Below are positions 1-12,584 of a stretch of 64,000 nucleotides of DNA, in pieces. The stretch is taken from NCBI GenBank assembly GCA_951406725.2, contig OX597818.1, positions 59,086,001 to 59,150,000 on the forward strand. Reading direction: 5' to 3'. Both the position numbers and the translations under genes were made by a program. Source of the stretch: Octopus vulgaris. Lineage: Eukaryota. The notes beneath the pieces were generated by a model. It saw nothing but the letters and a program-made list of their open reading frames with translations. It did not search any database and was not told the DNA's origin. Position 1 is the stretch's first letter; each line of letters begins with the position of its first letter.

Positions 1-298
<298 letters not shown>

Positions 299-550
299 AT
301 GTCAATATGATGGCACGGTAGTGATGAGAATTCGCCGAGCAAATTATTGTAGTTGCTAAAGAAAACTGAAACCTAGGTATAACTGTAAAAAAACCAAATT
401 AAAAGTTTTATTTTTCATTCCCTTTGAAAATTGCTTTTAAATATGGTTTTGGTCGAATTGCCAGCTTCTTCTAGCGTGTAAAAATTATCTGTTGAAGGTA
501 GTTTTCTTTTGTGTTAAGTTGTACACTATTTTATATTGAGTATATATGTA

Positions 551-615
<65 letters not shown>

Positions 616-757
616 ATATGTATATATGTATATGTAAATATATATGAATATATATCTATATGTATATACGTATATATATATTCATGTATATATGTTTTTA
701 ATTATACATCTGTATATGTGTTTCTATGTGTGAATATATATATATATATATATATAT

Positions 758-826
758 ATCCTTAAATCCTTAAAAATGTTTTAGCTCGAAGGCTGCGGCC
801 ATGCTGGGGCACCACCGCTGAATGAG

Positions 827-829
<3 letters not shown>
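758..829 (-). mobile_element. Isolated 3' tail of the LINE family seen at 891-1315, in opposite orientation
   Basis: Reverse complement of 1236-1315 (agctcattcagcggtggtgccccagca...aaggatttaaggat) with a few substitutions. Confidence 0.85.
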
Positions 830-890
<61 letters not shown>

Positions 891-896
<6 letters not shown>

Positions 897-1315
897 TGGA
901 GAGTCTTGTCCCAAACTTTGGTAGTCAAAGTTACCCCAAACGCAGAACAGGGCGCCACTGCATGGTGCCAAAATTCCAACATCACCATCAAAATACAGGT
1001 CCAGATACTGCAACAGCTTGGGTTTCAGAGGGCCACAGCTCTTTAACATCGTCCCTAAATGCCTGAGAAACTTACATGGTGTGGAGGTGGGTTTGTTTAA
1101 AACTAAACTAGATCTCTTCTTGTTGGGAGTCCCAGATGAACCTACCTCACGACAGGAGACGCAGATGCGGGCAGCAGCATCGAACTCCCTTGTTGATCAA
1201 GTGCAACGTATCAGAATTGGATTCACATATTAGTGTAGCTCATTCAGCGGTGGTGCCCCAGCATTGCCGCAGCCTTCGGGCGAAAACATTTTAAAGGATT
1301 TAAGGATTTAAGGAT
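891..1315 (+). mobile_element. 5'-truncated CR1/L2-group LINE (ORF2 C-terminus, 3' UTR, (AAGGATTT)n tail)
   Basis: Translates, with one frameshift, as ILESLVPNFG...RTGRHCMVPK/...SLGFRGPQLFNIVPKCLRNLHG...FKTKLDLFLLGVPDEP, typical of CR1/L2 RT C-termini; tandem 8-bp tail. Confidence 0.85.
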
Positions 1316-1755
1316 ATTTGCAATCTCTTGAATATTTGTTGCCTCTGTTCGTCATCAGATCTATGTTCTTTTCCTTTGTTAGCGCACTTGTGCTCGAGTG
1401 TGTGCATATACACACCCATATTTATGTATGCATTTATGAGTGTGAAAATGAGTCTTTGCGTATGTTTAAAGAGTGTTTGGTCACTTCAAACGAATTTGCA
1501 GTAATGGTGGTGGTAAATTTTAGAATTTGTTAGATGGCAGATTTTGACCGAGGAGAATCAGGCACGAATTGGCGCATAATTCGAAACCTAATTAGCAAAA
1601 ATAAACACAATTCCTTTCCTGAACTTAACAGAAGTAAGACGATGGTATCCTCCGCTGGAATTTTTCCTAACAAGCCAGTATTTATTCAGTGAATTTTCAG
1701 TGGCACAGAAGTATATTTGATTTCTATTTTTAGTGATGCATGTGCCCATGTACAT

Positions 1756-1828
<73 letters not shown>

Positions 1829-1929
1829 TATTCTTTTTCTCACTTTCCTTGTACGGCCCATATCGGCTGCCAGTAGCGAAGATATTTTCATAATACTATC
1901 ACCCTTATATTTACATACATATATATGTA

Positions 1930-1960
<31 letters not shown>

Positions 1961-2526
1961 GTTTGAATGTATATATGTATATATGCATATGTATATCTAT
2001 ATATGCATGTGTAAATATATATATATATATTTATGTATATATATATGTATATGCATATATACATATATATATGTGTGTGTGTGTGTATTTGTGTGTGCTT
2101 GTATACATATATATAATATATATTATACACACTAACTCACACACACAAACACACACACACAAACACACACATATATATTGTTTCTGGGGAGAGTCATTCT
2201 ACCCTAATGCCTTTTCAATGAATACACTCAACAGTTCAAATTCCACTCAACTATTAATTATTATCTTTTTTTATTAAACTTTCGTTCGTTCTTCCAGAAA
2301 CTGTTGAATACTTGTTGCATCAGTTCATTATCAGAGCTGCGTTCTTTTCACTTGTTAGCGCAGATGTGTTCGTGTGTGATCATATTCATACACATATTTA
2401 TGTATGTACATATGTGTGTGTGAAGATTCATACGGATATCTGGCCATGTGTTTCCGCCCCTTTTTGTGTATGAATATGTTCGTGTATGCCTAGCTGTCTT
2501 GCCTATAGATTCATACACATACATGG

Positions 2527-2558
<32 letters not shown>

Positions 2559-2929
2559 GCTTATGTGTGTGTGACTGTGTTTACTTGGCTAGGTGCCTGA
2601 AGGTATTTTGGACAAGTATATACAATTATTGAGAAGTTATTCTCTGCTCCGGCGAATATCCACAACAACTAGAATGGCTGCTTAATTTCTAAAGAGGAAC
2701 GCTTAAAACTGTGTCTTAAATTATCTTGGCGGCTTTATCTATAAAGAACATGACCTTGATATCTGATTCATTATGGCTTTGAAGGGAAGAAGATATTAGA
2801 TTTCGCTGATATGTCATTTGCTAAATATCAACGACATCTGAAACACGATGTATATGTTGTGGCAACGTTGTATCTTATGTCGGTGTTTTTCATCTATAAA
2901 TGTTAATTGCAGTATATAAACATGTGTAC

Positions 2930-3433
<504 letters not shown>

Positions 3434-3599
3434 CTAAATAATTCTGATACAACGATCTCTATTCTCCCTCTCTTATTTTCTTTCAATCTGTTTGTGTCAC
3501 CCATCCTTTCTCTAATTCACCTCTTCACCTTCGCCGTTCTATTTCTCTCTCTCTCTCTCTCACTCACTCATTCTCCCTATTTAACACTCTAGTTGCTCA

Positions 3600-3930
3600 C
3601 ACGTGACCAGCGACTACCTTTCTTTCTTCTCCTTACCTTACAAGACAGAAGACTCACTTCGCGTTTCTCTTATCAAAGCTCGTTTCTCCAGTGTTTACCA
3701 CCTCAACTCCTTAGGGCTTAACAGCCTTTACCATTTGTTTTGTACTATTTTCTTCTCACTCTCCGGTTTTTGTTACGACTTTAACCCAAACTTAACTTAA
3801 TTTGCTTTGCGGGAACGACTGTTGAACGAAGTCGCGTGTCCCCCGACATTCGGAACGCGGAGTAGATAAAACAGGGGACCACTGATGAAGGGATTATTTT
3901 GCTCACGTACTTTTGACGATCTGCACCCGT
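3600..3930 (+). mobile_element. Probable Penelope-like element remnant
   Basis: EDSLRVSLIKARFSSVYHLNSLGLN resembles the E..I..L....P.GLN end of PLE GIY-YIG domains; followed by an orphan CTGATGA near 3882; flanked by (TA)n. Confidence 0.45.
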
Positions 3931-3989
3931 ATATGCATGTATATATACATATAGATGTAGGTATGATGTACATATATGTATGTATATAT

Positions 3990-4036
<47 letters not shown>

Positions 4037-4060
4037 CATTTATATGTATACATATATACT

Positions 4061-4154
<94 letters not shown>

Positions 4155-4155
<1 letters not shown>

Positions 4156-4548
4156 TAGCAGTATCACCCGGCGTTGCTCGGGTTTGTAAGGGAAATAATT
4201 ATATAAGCATTTTTAGAGATGTAAAGTATAATAGCCATCTCAATATGGCTAACCACAAAGGGGGAGGGGTGTTACTGTAGCTTTTTACGTTCTGAGATTT
4301 AATAATAAATTTTAGAGAGTTACTTCCCTTATATATGTCAAAAATGGATTAAAAATGGGAAAAATTGATGGTAATTTTTTTTTAAATCGTAGACTCATCG
4401 TAGACGCGCACTAATACCCAGACGGTCTCGATATGAATCATGACTATAAGATACCCGGTTTTGGTTAAACTGCACCGCAAAATGTGGGAGTAGTTAGGAA
4501 TCTAAATCGTAGGAGACAGACACACAACCTCACTTTTATATATAAAGA
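4155..4548 (-). mobile_element. Non-autonomous Helitron (family H1)
   Basis: Minus strand starts TCTTTATATATAAAAG and ends with hairpin cccg-agcaacgc-cggg then CTAG; inserted between A and T with no TSD; homologous to 30130-30525 and 53585-53966. Confidence 0.9.
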
Positions 4549-4649
4549 TTTCCTCTATTTACATAATATTGAGGTCTCTTTATTTCTTTTGTTATCTTAC
4601 TGTTTTTACCAATATACATATATATATATATATATAAATATATATATAG

Positions 4650-4970
4650 TTACAGAGATGTACTTGCATAGCAAGTGACTTGATCTGAGATCGTGTGCTG
4701 GAACGAAAACAGTTGCAGCGTTGAAGGTGTTTATAAGCCATTTAAGAAACACACAAAAACCGTTAGATTCATTTCAACATTTAAATTAAATTTGTCAAAA
4801 TATTTTCGTCGCTTTGAGACCGCGACCTGTTAGCACGATATTTTTGTCAGTGAACAGGTCGCGGTCTCAAAGCGACGAAAATATTTTGGCAAATTAAATT
4901 TAAATGTTGAAGTGAATGTAACGGTTTTTGTGTGTTTCTTAAATGGCTTACAAACACCTTCCACGCTGCA
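4650..4970. mobile_element. Penelope-like non-autonomous element with a long inverted duplication
   Basis: About 118-bp inverted arms (4713-4831 and 4853-4970); flanked by (TA)n; carries a hammerhead-like motif; related copy at 16322-16483. Confidence 0.65.
4843..4893 (+). ncRNA. Minimal type-I hammerhead ribozyme-like motif, G3-C8 variant
   Basis: Stem I tttgtca/tggcaaa; core GTGAACA (4850-4856) plus one extra G; stem II gtcgc/gcgac; GAAA (4877-4880); palindromic AATATT stem III; predicted cut after UUU at 4886. Confidence 0.55.
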
Positions 4971-5034
4971 ATATATATATACACACATATATATATATGT
5001 ATGTATGTATGTATGTGTGTATATGTGTATGCAT

Positions 5035-5265
5035 GTATGTGCGTGTGTGCGTGTCTGTGCTTGTGATTGTCCTCCACCACTGCTTGACAACGAATGTTGG
5101 TTTGTTTACATCCCTGTCACCTAGTGGTTTGACAAAGGAAACAGATAGAATAAGTACAATGCTTACAAAAATAAAACTGGAGTTGATTCATTAAACTACA
5201 ATTCTTCAAGGCATTGCCCCAGCATGGCCACAGAGCAATGGCTGGAAAAAGCAGAAGAATAAAAG
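5035..5265 (+). mobile_element. SINE-C, degenerate 3' half
   Basis: Similar to 56000-56200 (tgcttgacaac...ccccagcatggccac...). Confidence 0.7.
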
Positions 5266-5599
5266 AATTGAGGGGGACCTCTACATGGTAGCTAGACCTG
5301 GTAGAAATAGCAGCAAAATTTCCCCCAAATCACACCTTACTGTCTTATCTATGTATATATGTATGTATGAGCCTATGAGGGAGACCCCTACATGGCAGCT
5401 AGACATGGTAGAAATAGCAGCCAAATCTCCCTCAAATCACACCTTACTGTCTTATCTTTCTGCTACTTGGATATAGGTGTTATATTCGTCTAAAAAAACT
5501 TTCCTGTCACACACACACACGCACACACACACACACACGCACCGTCACACACACACACACACGCACACACACACACACACACACTCACACACACGCACG

Positions 5600-5959
5600 T
5601 TAGCTTACAATTTTATTTATATATTTGCGTGTGTATGTGTTGAAAGAAGAAGTGGGAGGCAGAGTGAAAGAATCACTCACCACAGTAAGTGAATTAGTTT
5701 CATTTTATTCGTTGCCCACTGTGTGTGTGCGTTTGCGTGTGGTGTAAACCAGACTAAGAAAAGCATTTGACACACACACCAGAATGTGAGTTTTCTGTAA
5801 ATTTTGCTTAACTGGAGTTTAAATTTTAAAAACTGGACCTGGCATGACGCGATGCATTGTACTCTTAAAAATGCCAGGTAAATTGTAATTGAAGAAATCC
5901 TATATTGTAGATTTGTATAACTCCCAAAGGGAGGCAGATAAAATCTGCCTTTTATAATA

Positions 5960-5962
<3 letters not shown>
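5600..5962 (-). mobile_element. Helitron-like 5' fragment (family H2)
   Basis: Minus strand begins TCTTATTATAAAAGGCAGATTTTATCTGCC at the edge of (TA)n; about 220 bp homologous to 29038-29260. Confidence 0.6.
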
Positions 5963-6014
<52 letters not shown>

Positions 6015-6076
6015 TTCACTATAGGGTAGCAAAAAAAATTCAGCAGAAATTATTCAGCAGAATAATTATGGCTGTT

Positions 6077-6123
<47 letters not shown>

Positions 6124-6376
6124 TCTGTTTCAGTTATTTAAAATGCATAGTGCAACGTGTATTTCTACACTGGCAAAGCTAATTACGTATCGCAGAATGA
6201 AAAGAAACGTCGATGAAACTTTTCTATATGCTACTGAATCCTCTTTGTCAATCAACAGAATTAAATGAACAGAGTCTTATCGTATTCTTTACTTCGGACT
6301 ATATTCCTTAATATTGAAGGCCGGAATTCGTCGTTTTTGATGAACTGAATCTGGAGACCCTCCCCCATTAATAAAA

Positions 6377-6610
6377 GGCGGTGAGCTAGCAGAAACGTTA
6401 GCACACCGGATGAAATCCTTTGCGGTATTTCGTCTGCCGCTACGTTCTGAGTTCAAATTCCGGCGAGGTCAACTTTGCCTTTCATATTTTTGGGGTCGAT
6501 AAATTAAGTACCAGTTACGCACTGGGGTCGATGTAATTGACTTAATCCGTTTGTCTGTCCTTGTTTGTCCCCTCTATGTATAGCCCCTTGTGGGCAGTAA
6601 AGAAATAAGA
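6377..6610 (+). mobile_element. tRNA-derived SINE-A, full length
   Basis: Pol III A-box-like head ggcggtgagctagcagaa, B-box gagttcaaattc, central gcctttcat...gggtcgataaattaagtaccag, tail aaagaaata; many copies in the window. Confidence 0.9.
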
Positions 6611-7494
6611 TACACCAGTCAGTGCTCTCCCCTCATGGGGCGCTTGACAACATTGTGGGTTATGGCAGTAAGGGTGCTGCGTCTTGAGGATGGTAATGTC
6701 TGATGATCGTTTTCTTAGCGTGTAAACAGCGTGGAATCTGTTCTGGTAATTTATTAATTACATTTTCCCTGATGAACTGAAGTAACTATGATTTCGTGAG
6801 CATTCCTCGTGACAAATTCTTCACGAAAATCATTAATTGAATACATAATTGCTAATTGCTTCGTCTTATTTTGTAATTATGAAATCATTATATCAACGTT
6901 TATAGCATATTTCGACTCATTTCAAGTATGATATCAATGGAGACAACGACTGAAGATAGAAACTGAAACACATAAGGTGTTGGTTGTTTTATAAATATAT
7001 GGAATAAATTCTGTGCCACTGAGAACCCAATATGATATATATTAAAACTTTGGCTTGCTTCTCTAATCTTCCTTGAGATATATCGCCCCCAGAATTTACT
7101 GATTTTTCCACTGTAAATGATATGAAGTGCATGATTTATGCTTATAAATCAAATCATACTGTGTTTCTTATAGAATTCATATATATTGTAAACGCAGGAA
7201 ATATTTGTTGAAATAAATGAAAATGAATGTAAATTATATAATGAAGTACGTAACAGTATACATAAAACGTATCTTATTTTAGAATGTGTCTTGCTGAAAC
7301 ATAATATATAGAAAATTAATCATTATACATTGATATATCGGAGTGTTTGTATATATGTATGTATACCCTAATAAATACTGAAATACTACGAAACATTTAA
7401 TATCGAATTTATCATCCGTAATTTAATATAAGAAACGAGAATAAAATAAGGTGTTTATGTAATAAATATTACAAATCGCATTAAGATATTATTA

Positions 7495-7819
7495 TTATTT
7501 TATCAAGTCACAAGGCCAGAATTTTGAGGGAGCGGGGCTAGTCGATTTTGAACTCAGAACGTTAAGACAGATGTAATACCTATTTCTATTTCTCTACTAC
7601 CCACAAGGGGTTAAATACAGAGGGGACAAACAAGGATAGAAAAACGGATTAAGTCGATTACATCGACCCCAGTGCGTAACTGGTACTTAATTTATCGACC
7701 CCAAAAATATGAAAGGCAAAGTTGACCTCGCCGGAATTTGAACTCAGAACGTAGCGGCAGACGAAATACCGCAAAGGATTTCATCCGGTGTGCTAACGTT
7801 TCTGCTAGCTCACCGCCTT
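7495..7819 (-). mobile_element. SINE-A followed by a partial older unit with an alternative tail
   Basis: Reverse complement of SINE-A; junction gaaataggtat followed by a truncated unit. Confidence 0.88.
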
Positions 7820-7835
7820 AGTACTATTACAAATA

Positions 7836-8262
7836 CAGAGTGTTCAAAAATTCTCTCTGCAGTGACTTTTCTAGTCTTTCGGTGAACGAATTATTTCGGA
7901 GGGAAATTTGGCCACTAAGATAACCTGATTTAAAACCACCCGACTTTGTTGCCGGGGTGGGATGGGGGACAAATATAAGATCAGTGTACAAAAATTGTCT
8001 GAAAACCATTAATGAGCTAAAAGATGTAATCATAATTCTTCACACGGTCCATACCACGTCAGACTCTCCAAAATGTATTTCAAAACATGTGTAGAAGAGT
8101 CAACGTATGTATTGAAAATGAAGGACGATACTTTCAACACCCGTAATATAGTTTTCTAAAGTGTTGTGAAGTCTAATGTATTCTTTTGTAGTCTTATACC
8201 ACCTTGTAAATATTTATTTTGCAATAAAATATTTACTGCGGAGAGACGTTTTGAACACCCTG
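7836..8262 (+). mobile_element. Internally deleted Tc1/mariner-superfamily transposon
   Basis: TIRs cagagtgttcaaaa / ttttgaacaccctg flanked by TA; decayed WPLR*PDLKPPDF...VYKNCLKTINELKDVI...QNVFQNMCRRVNVCIENEGRYFQH. Confidence 0.85.
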
Positions 8263-9349
8263 TATTATTTAATTCTTCGTAGAGACAGGTTTACGTGTTG
8301 CAAGAAACGGTGAAATATCGGAAACAAATATCATAGCATTCAGATTACTCTCTCAAATATAAAATCCCTTTTTTGTTTTTCACTGTCTAAAATCAAACAT
8401 GACTGTCTTATAGCTTCCAGATTTCGAAGATGCAAATATAGATTTACAATAAATATTTATATCTTTAAATTCTTTCAAATGTAGGGTAGAAGTGAGGTTT
8501 CGCAGATTTAAATATATAACACAGAGACTATTTGGGCCGGATTTAGCCGGTTTAAATACTAAAAGGTTCAACGTAGAGAGGACAGTATCAAGTAAGTTTA
8601 GATATATATCTGTACAAAACACCTGAGAGATTACTATTGGGTTACTGAGAGATGACATGTCGGTCATTTTAAGGAATCAAAAGAGCGACAGCTATGAGGA
8701 TTCTCAGATTAAATGCCATCAAGTTTATAACGTTAAATTACCGAACAGTTACATATGGAGATTAGATTATGTAGACGTCGTTCGAAAATAATTTTTCGGA
8801 AATATTTATTCGAAAACAATTCCGAAAAACATTTATTCGAATAGAAAATTGTATGAAAGAAAATTAATCAAAAGGACAATTATATGAAATGTTAATTAAT
8901 CTATTTCGTTAATCTCATTTGAAAGAAAACTATATATATTTCGAATAACTGTTTTTCGAATAATTGTTTTAGAACAATTTTCATGATACGGGTAATTATA
9001 CAAAGATAATTCTATTCAGGGGACTCGACTGTATGACGTCGTGTCGTTAGATTGACTGAGTAAGATTGATGGTAATCTCGACTGCTGCTACTACGTGAGG
9101 AATTGGTAAACACGAACACATAATGTTCGCTAAACAATAGTCTTTCTACTCCGTCAAAGTTGCGACTCAACGAAGGAACTGTAACGGCACCGTAAAACAT
9201 ATTCTATTATCACAATCCAACCAGGTTTAATTAACATACATCTCAGACTATATTCACATCTTCTAAGAAAAATATACTGAGTAAAAGCATTTTAATTTGG
9301 AAATGACATACGCGATATTATATAAAATAATCTTACGCGTTTCTTCCAA

Positions 9350-10370
9350 CACATCTGGTAGAAAAAAAATGTGAAACTTCGTATACTGGTAGAATGTGTC
9401 AAAAGAAAACATTATTGTTAAACAAAATTGAAAACAAAATTGTAATTCGTAACTTAAACGTAGTTTAATTTTACGAATTTTAACCAATGAAATCGCAGCA
9501 TTCGAGCTCAAATTATTTACTGCGTCTAAAAACACACAGGCACACGTCTTATTCATCCTTGTCTCTTCTTATGTCTTCTGTCTTCTACATGTGCTAGAAA
9601 TAACAGTTATATCTCTTAAATCGATGAATTTCGTCTCCCAATAAAAATATTAACGATATTTTTTGAATATTTTCTTTATTTTTTTTTACCGAAAAGGCTT
9701 CTCCCATGGTTTTGAAGGGCCAGAAACAACAAAAACAAAACTATAATATGCCTAAATCGGTCTCGAGTTTGCGCGTGGAGTGTGAGTAGTATAGTAAAAA
9801 ATTTGCGAAATATTTTTTTCATAAAAGGATGCCCCCAGCTTGTCGGAAGCTGTGATATAAATTGGGAAAAAAATCCTCGACACCAGTGCGTAATTGGTAC
9901 TTAATTTATCGACCCCGAAACGATGAAACATTGACACCCCCCCTTCTGGTTTATTTACCTTTTGTGCAAATTTGTTGCGGCAAGTGGCAAAACACGAACG
10001 TGTAATGTATGCTTGTGTGCGTATGTGTGTGTATGTATATGTCCGTTTGTATGTGTGTGTACGCTTATATATTAATTACTATGTGCTTGTGCAAATGTAT
10101 ATGCATGTGTTTGAGAGAGAGAGGGAGAGAGAGAGAGAGTGTGTGAGTGTGTGTGTCGTGCGTCTGCTATATTTCTTTATCAATATCGATAACGCAGCAA
10201 TGCTGGGATTTCATTGGTTAAAATTCGAAGATGTTGGGATTTCATTGGTTAAAATTCGTAAAATTAAACTACGTTTAAGTTACGAATTACAATTTTGTTT
10301 AACAATAATGTTTTATTTTGACACAGTCTACCAGTATACGAAGTTTCAAATTTTTTTGTTAACTAGAAAA
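9350..10370. mobile_element. Foldback-type DNA element with about 150-bp terminal inverted repeats
   Basis: 9355-9500 is the reverse complement of about 10235-10370; shares the aaacttcgtatactggtag motif with 36655-37089 and 52908-53325. Confidence 0.7.
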
Positions 10371-10700
10371 TTCCGTCTATCAAACAGAAAAGATCCCTTG
10401 TTTCAGTTATTTGACTGGGGCTATGCTGGAGCACCACCATTAGTCGAGCAAATCGACAACAGGACTTATTCTTTGTAAGCCTAGTACTTATTCTATTGTA
10501 CCATATAGCCGGACTGCCTCTGTAGGGCCGCTGTCTAACAAATGAAACAAATGATACATCTTCGTGCATAGGAATACAAAATATGTCCTTCCATAATTGA
10601 TCCAACCTAATGAATAACATTCACGTTCTTTCTTTAATTGCCCCGGACAAAGTTATTCACGTTATTGTTATATTTTCTGTCTTATATTTAAATGTTTGAA

Positions 10701-11157
10701 GGCGATGGGCTGGCACAAACGTTCGCGTGCTGGACAAAACGCTTAGCGGTATTTCGCCAGCGGCGAGCTGGCAGAAACGTTACCGTGCGGGGCGAAATGC
10801 TTAGCGGTATTTCGTCTGCGTTACGTTGTGAGTTCAAATTCCGCCGAGGTCGACTTTGCCTTTCATCCTTTCGGGGTCGATAAATTAAGTACCAGTTACG
10901 CACTGGGGTCGATGTAATCGACTTAATACCTATGTCTGTCCTTGTTTGTCCCCTCTGTGTTTAGCCCCTTGTGGGTAATAAAGAAATAGGTATTTCGCCA
11001 GTCGCTGCCTTCTGAGTTCAAATTCCGCCGAAGTCAACATGCCTTTTATCGTTTCAGAGTCGATAAATTAAGAACTAGTAAAACATTGGGGGTCAATATA
11101 ATCAACTAGTCCCTTTCCTCCAAATTTCAGGCCGTGTGCCTATAGTAGAAAGGATTA
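10701..11157 (+). mobile_element. Nested SINE-A: young copy (10761-10988) inside an older copy
   Basis: 13-bp TSD ggtatttcgccag at 10748-10760 and 10989-11001. Confidence 0.9.
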
Positions 11158-11336
11158 TATTTTATCGTTTTGTGATTGCATAGCGGCGTTTTAGAGACAC
11201 TCCGCTTACTATAATAACGTCGTCATCCACAATGAGTGGTTGTTGTACATAATTGAAACCTTAGCTAGCCCCGAGGTAGTGTTTCTGTCCGTGCATTCTA
11301 AAGATACCAATTTCCAATGAGTGTATGTATATGGTC

Positions 11337-11720
11337 GTGGAGGCGCAATGGCCCAGTGGTTAGGACAGCGGACTCGTGGTCATAGGATCACGGTTTCGAT
11401 TCCCAGACCGGGCGTTGTGACTGTTTATTGAGCGAAAACACCTAAAGCTCCACGACGCTCCGGCAGGGAATGGTGGTGATCCCTGCTGTACTCTTTCACC
11501 ACAACTTTCTCTCACTCTTACTTCCTGTTTCTGTTGTACCTGTATTTGAAAGGGCCGGCCTTGTCACTCTCTGTGTCACGCTGAATATCCCCGAGAACTA
11601 CGTTAAGGGAACACGTGTCTGTGGAGTGCTCAGCCACTTACACGTTAATTTCACGAGCAGTCTGTTCCGTTGATTCGGATCAACCGGAACCCTCGTCGTA
11701 GTAACCGACGGAGTGCTTCC
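11337..11720 (+). mobile_element. tRNA-derived SINE-B, full length
   Basis: A-box tggcccagtgg, B-box ggtttcgattccc; nearly identical to 27130-27517 and 33188-33571. Confidence 0.92.
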
Positions 11721-12584
11721 ATTGTCGTTTATATTTTATCTGGTGTGCAGGAACCTGAGTATGCGATCTTATTTATGTATATATTACTTTATTATTCTTG
11801 TAATTGTTAATATCTGTGCTTTCACCAATGTCCACACAAATTGACTTTCAACGTTAATTACTATACGTTGTTGATTTATGTCCACGTGCCTACATGAGTA
11901 AGTGCACATATATATATTTTTCAATGTATATATCTATAAATACATATGTAAGTACGTTTATATGTACGCATGTATTTACGAGTGTTTGTATGTATAAATG
12001 TATATATGTATGTTTAGTTACGTATGAACGACAGAATGAACAAGTACGATTTAAAAGCTAACATACTACCCTCTGGCATTTCTACAATCTATCACATTCT
12101 GTTTCCTTTTAAATTTAACTTTCCTGGTTTCTTGGTCATTTTGTTGGCAAGTACTTTCTGCTGACTCCAGTGTTCATATTCATACTATGACTATTTCTAT
12201 TTCGTGCCAACTCCCACCATCTTTATGGCCGCTTCAGTTATTTACTACCTATATTGATATTTTAAAAAAATTCTTCTTTTACGCCTGCGTATTTCTTTCC
12301 GTGTGTATTTGAAGGATGACACTTATCCGTTCTCCATCCATTATTCGCGCATTCCTTTCACGCTTTATGATTTATTTCCTGTCTGCAAAGGGTGTTATTG
12401 TTTAGAGTAGCGCATTGGTAATAATATTACTGTATTGTTTTATTAAAAACTAGCAATGTAATCACTCTTTCTTGTATTCCTTTAAACCAATATATCTGTC
12501 TGTTAATCAATCAGTATGTCTACCTCTCTGTCTATCTGTACACACACACAGCCACACACACAGAGTCACACATTTATATATACT

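Noticed and set aside
6765-6840. CTGATGA...cttcacGAAA, a possible hammerhead
   Set aside because: Stem I cannot form and the base of stem II is mismatched.
11337-11415. tRNA genes at SINE heads (also 27440-27517, 33188-33265, 55800-55870)
   Set aside because: The A/B boxes continue into shared SINE bodies, some with TSDs, and lack a proper acceptor stem and terminator.
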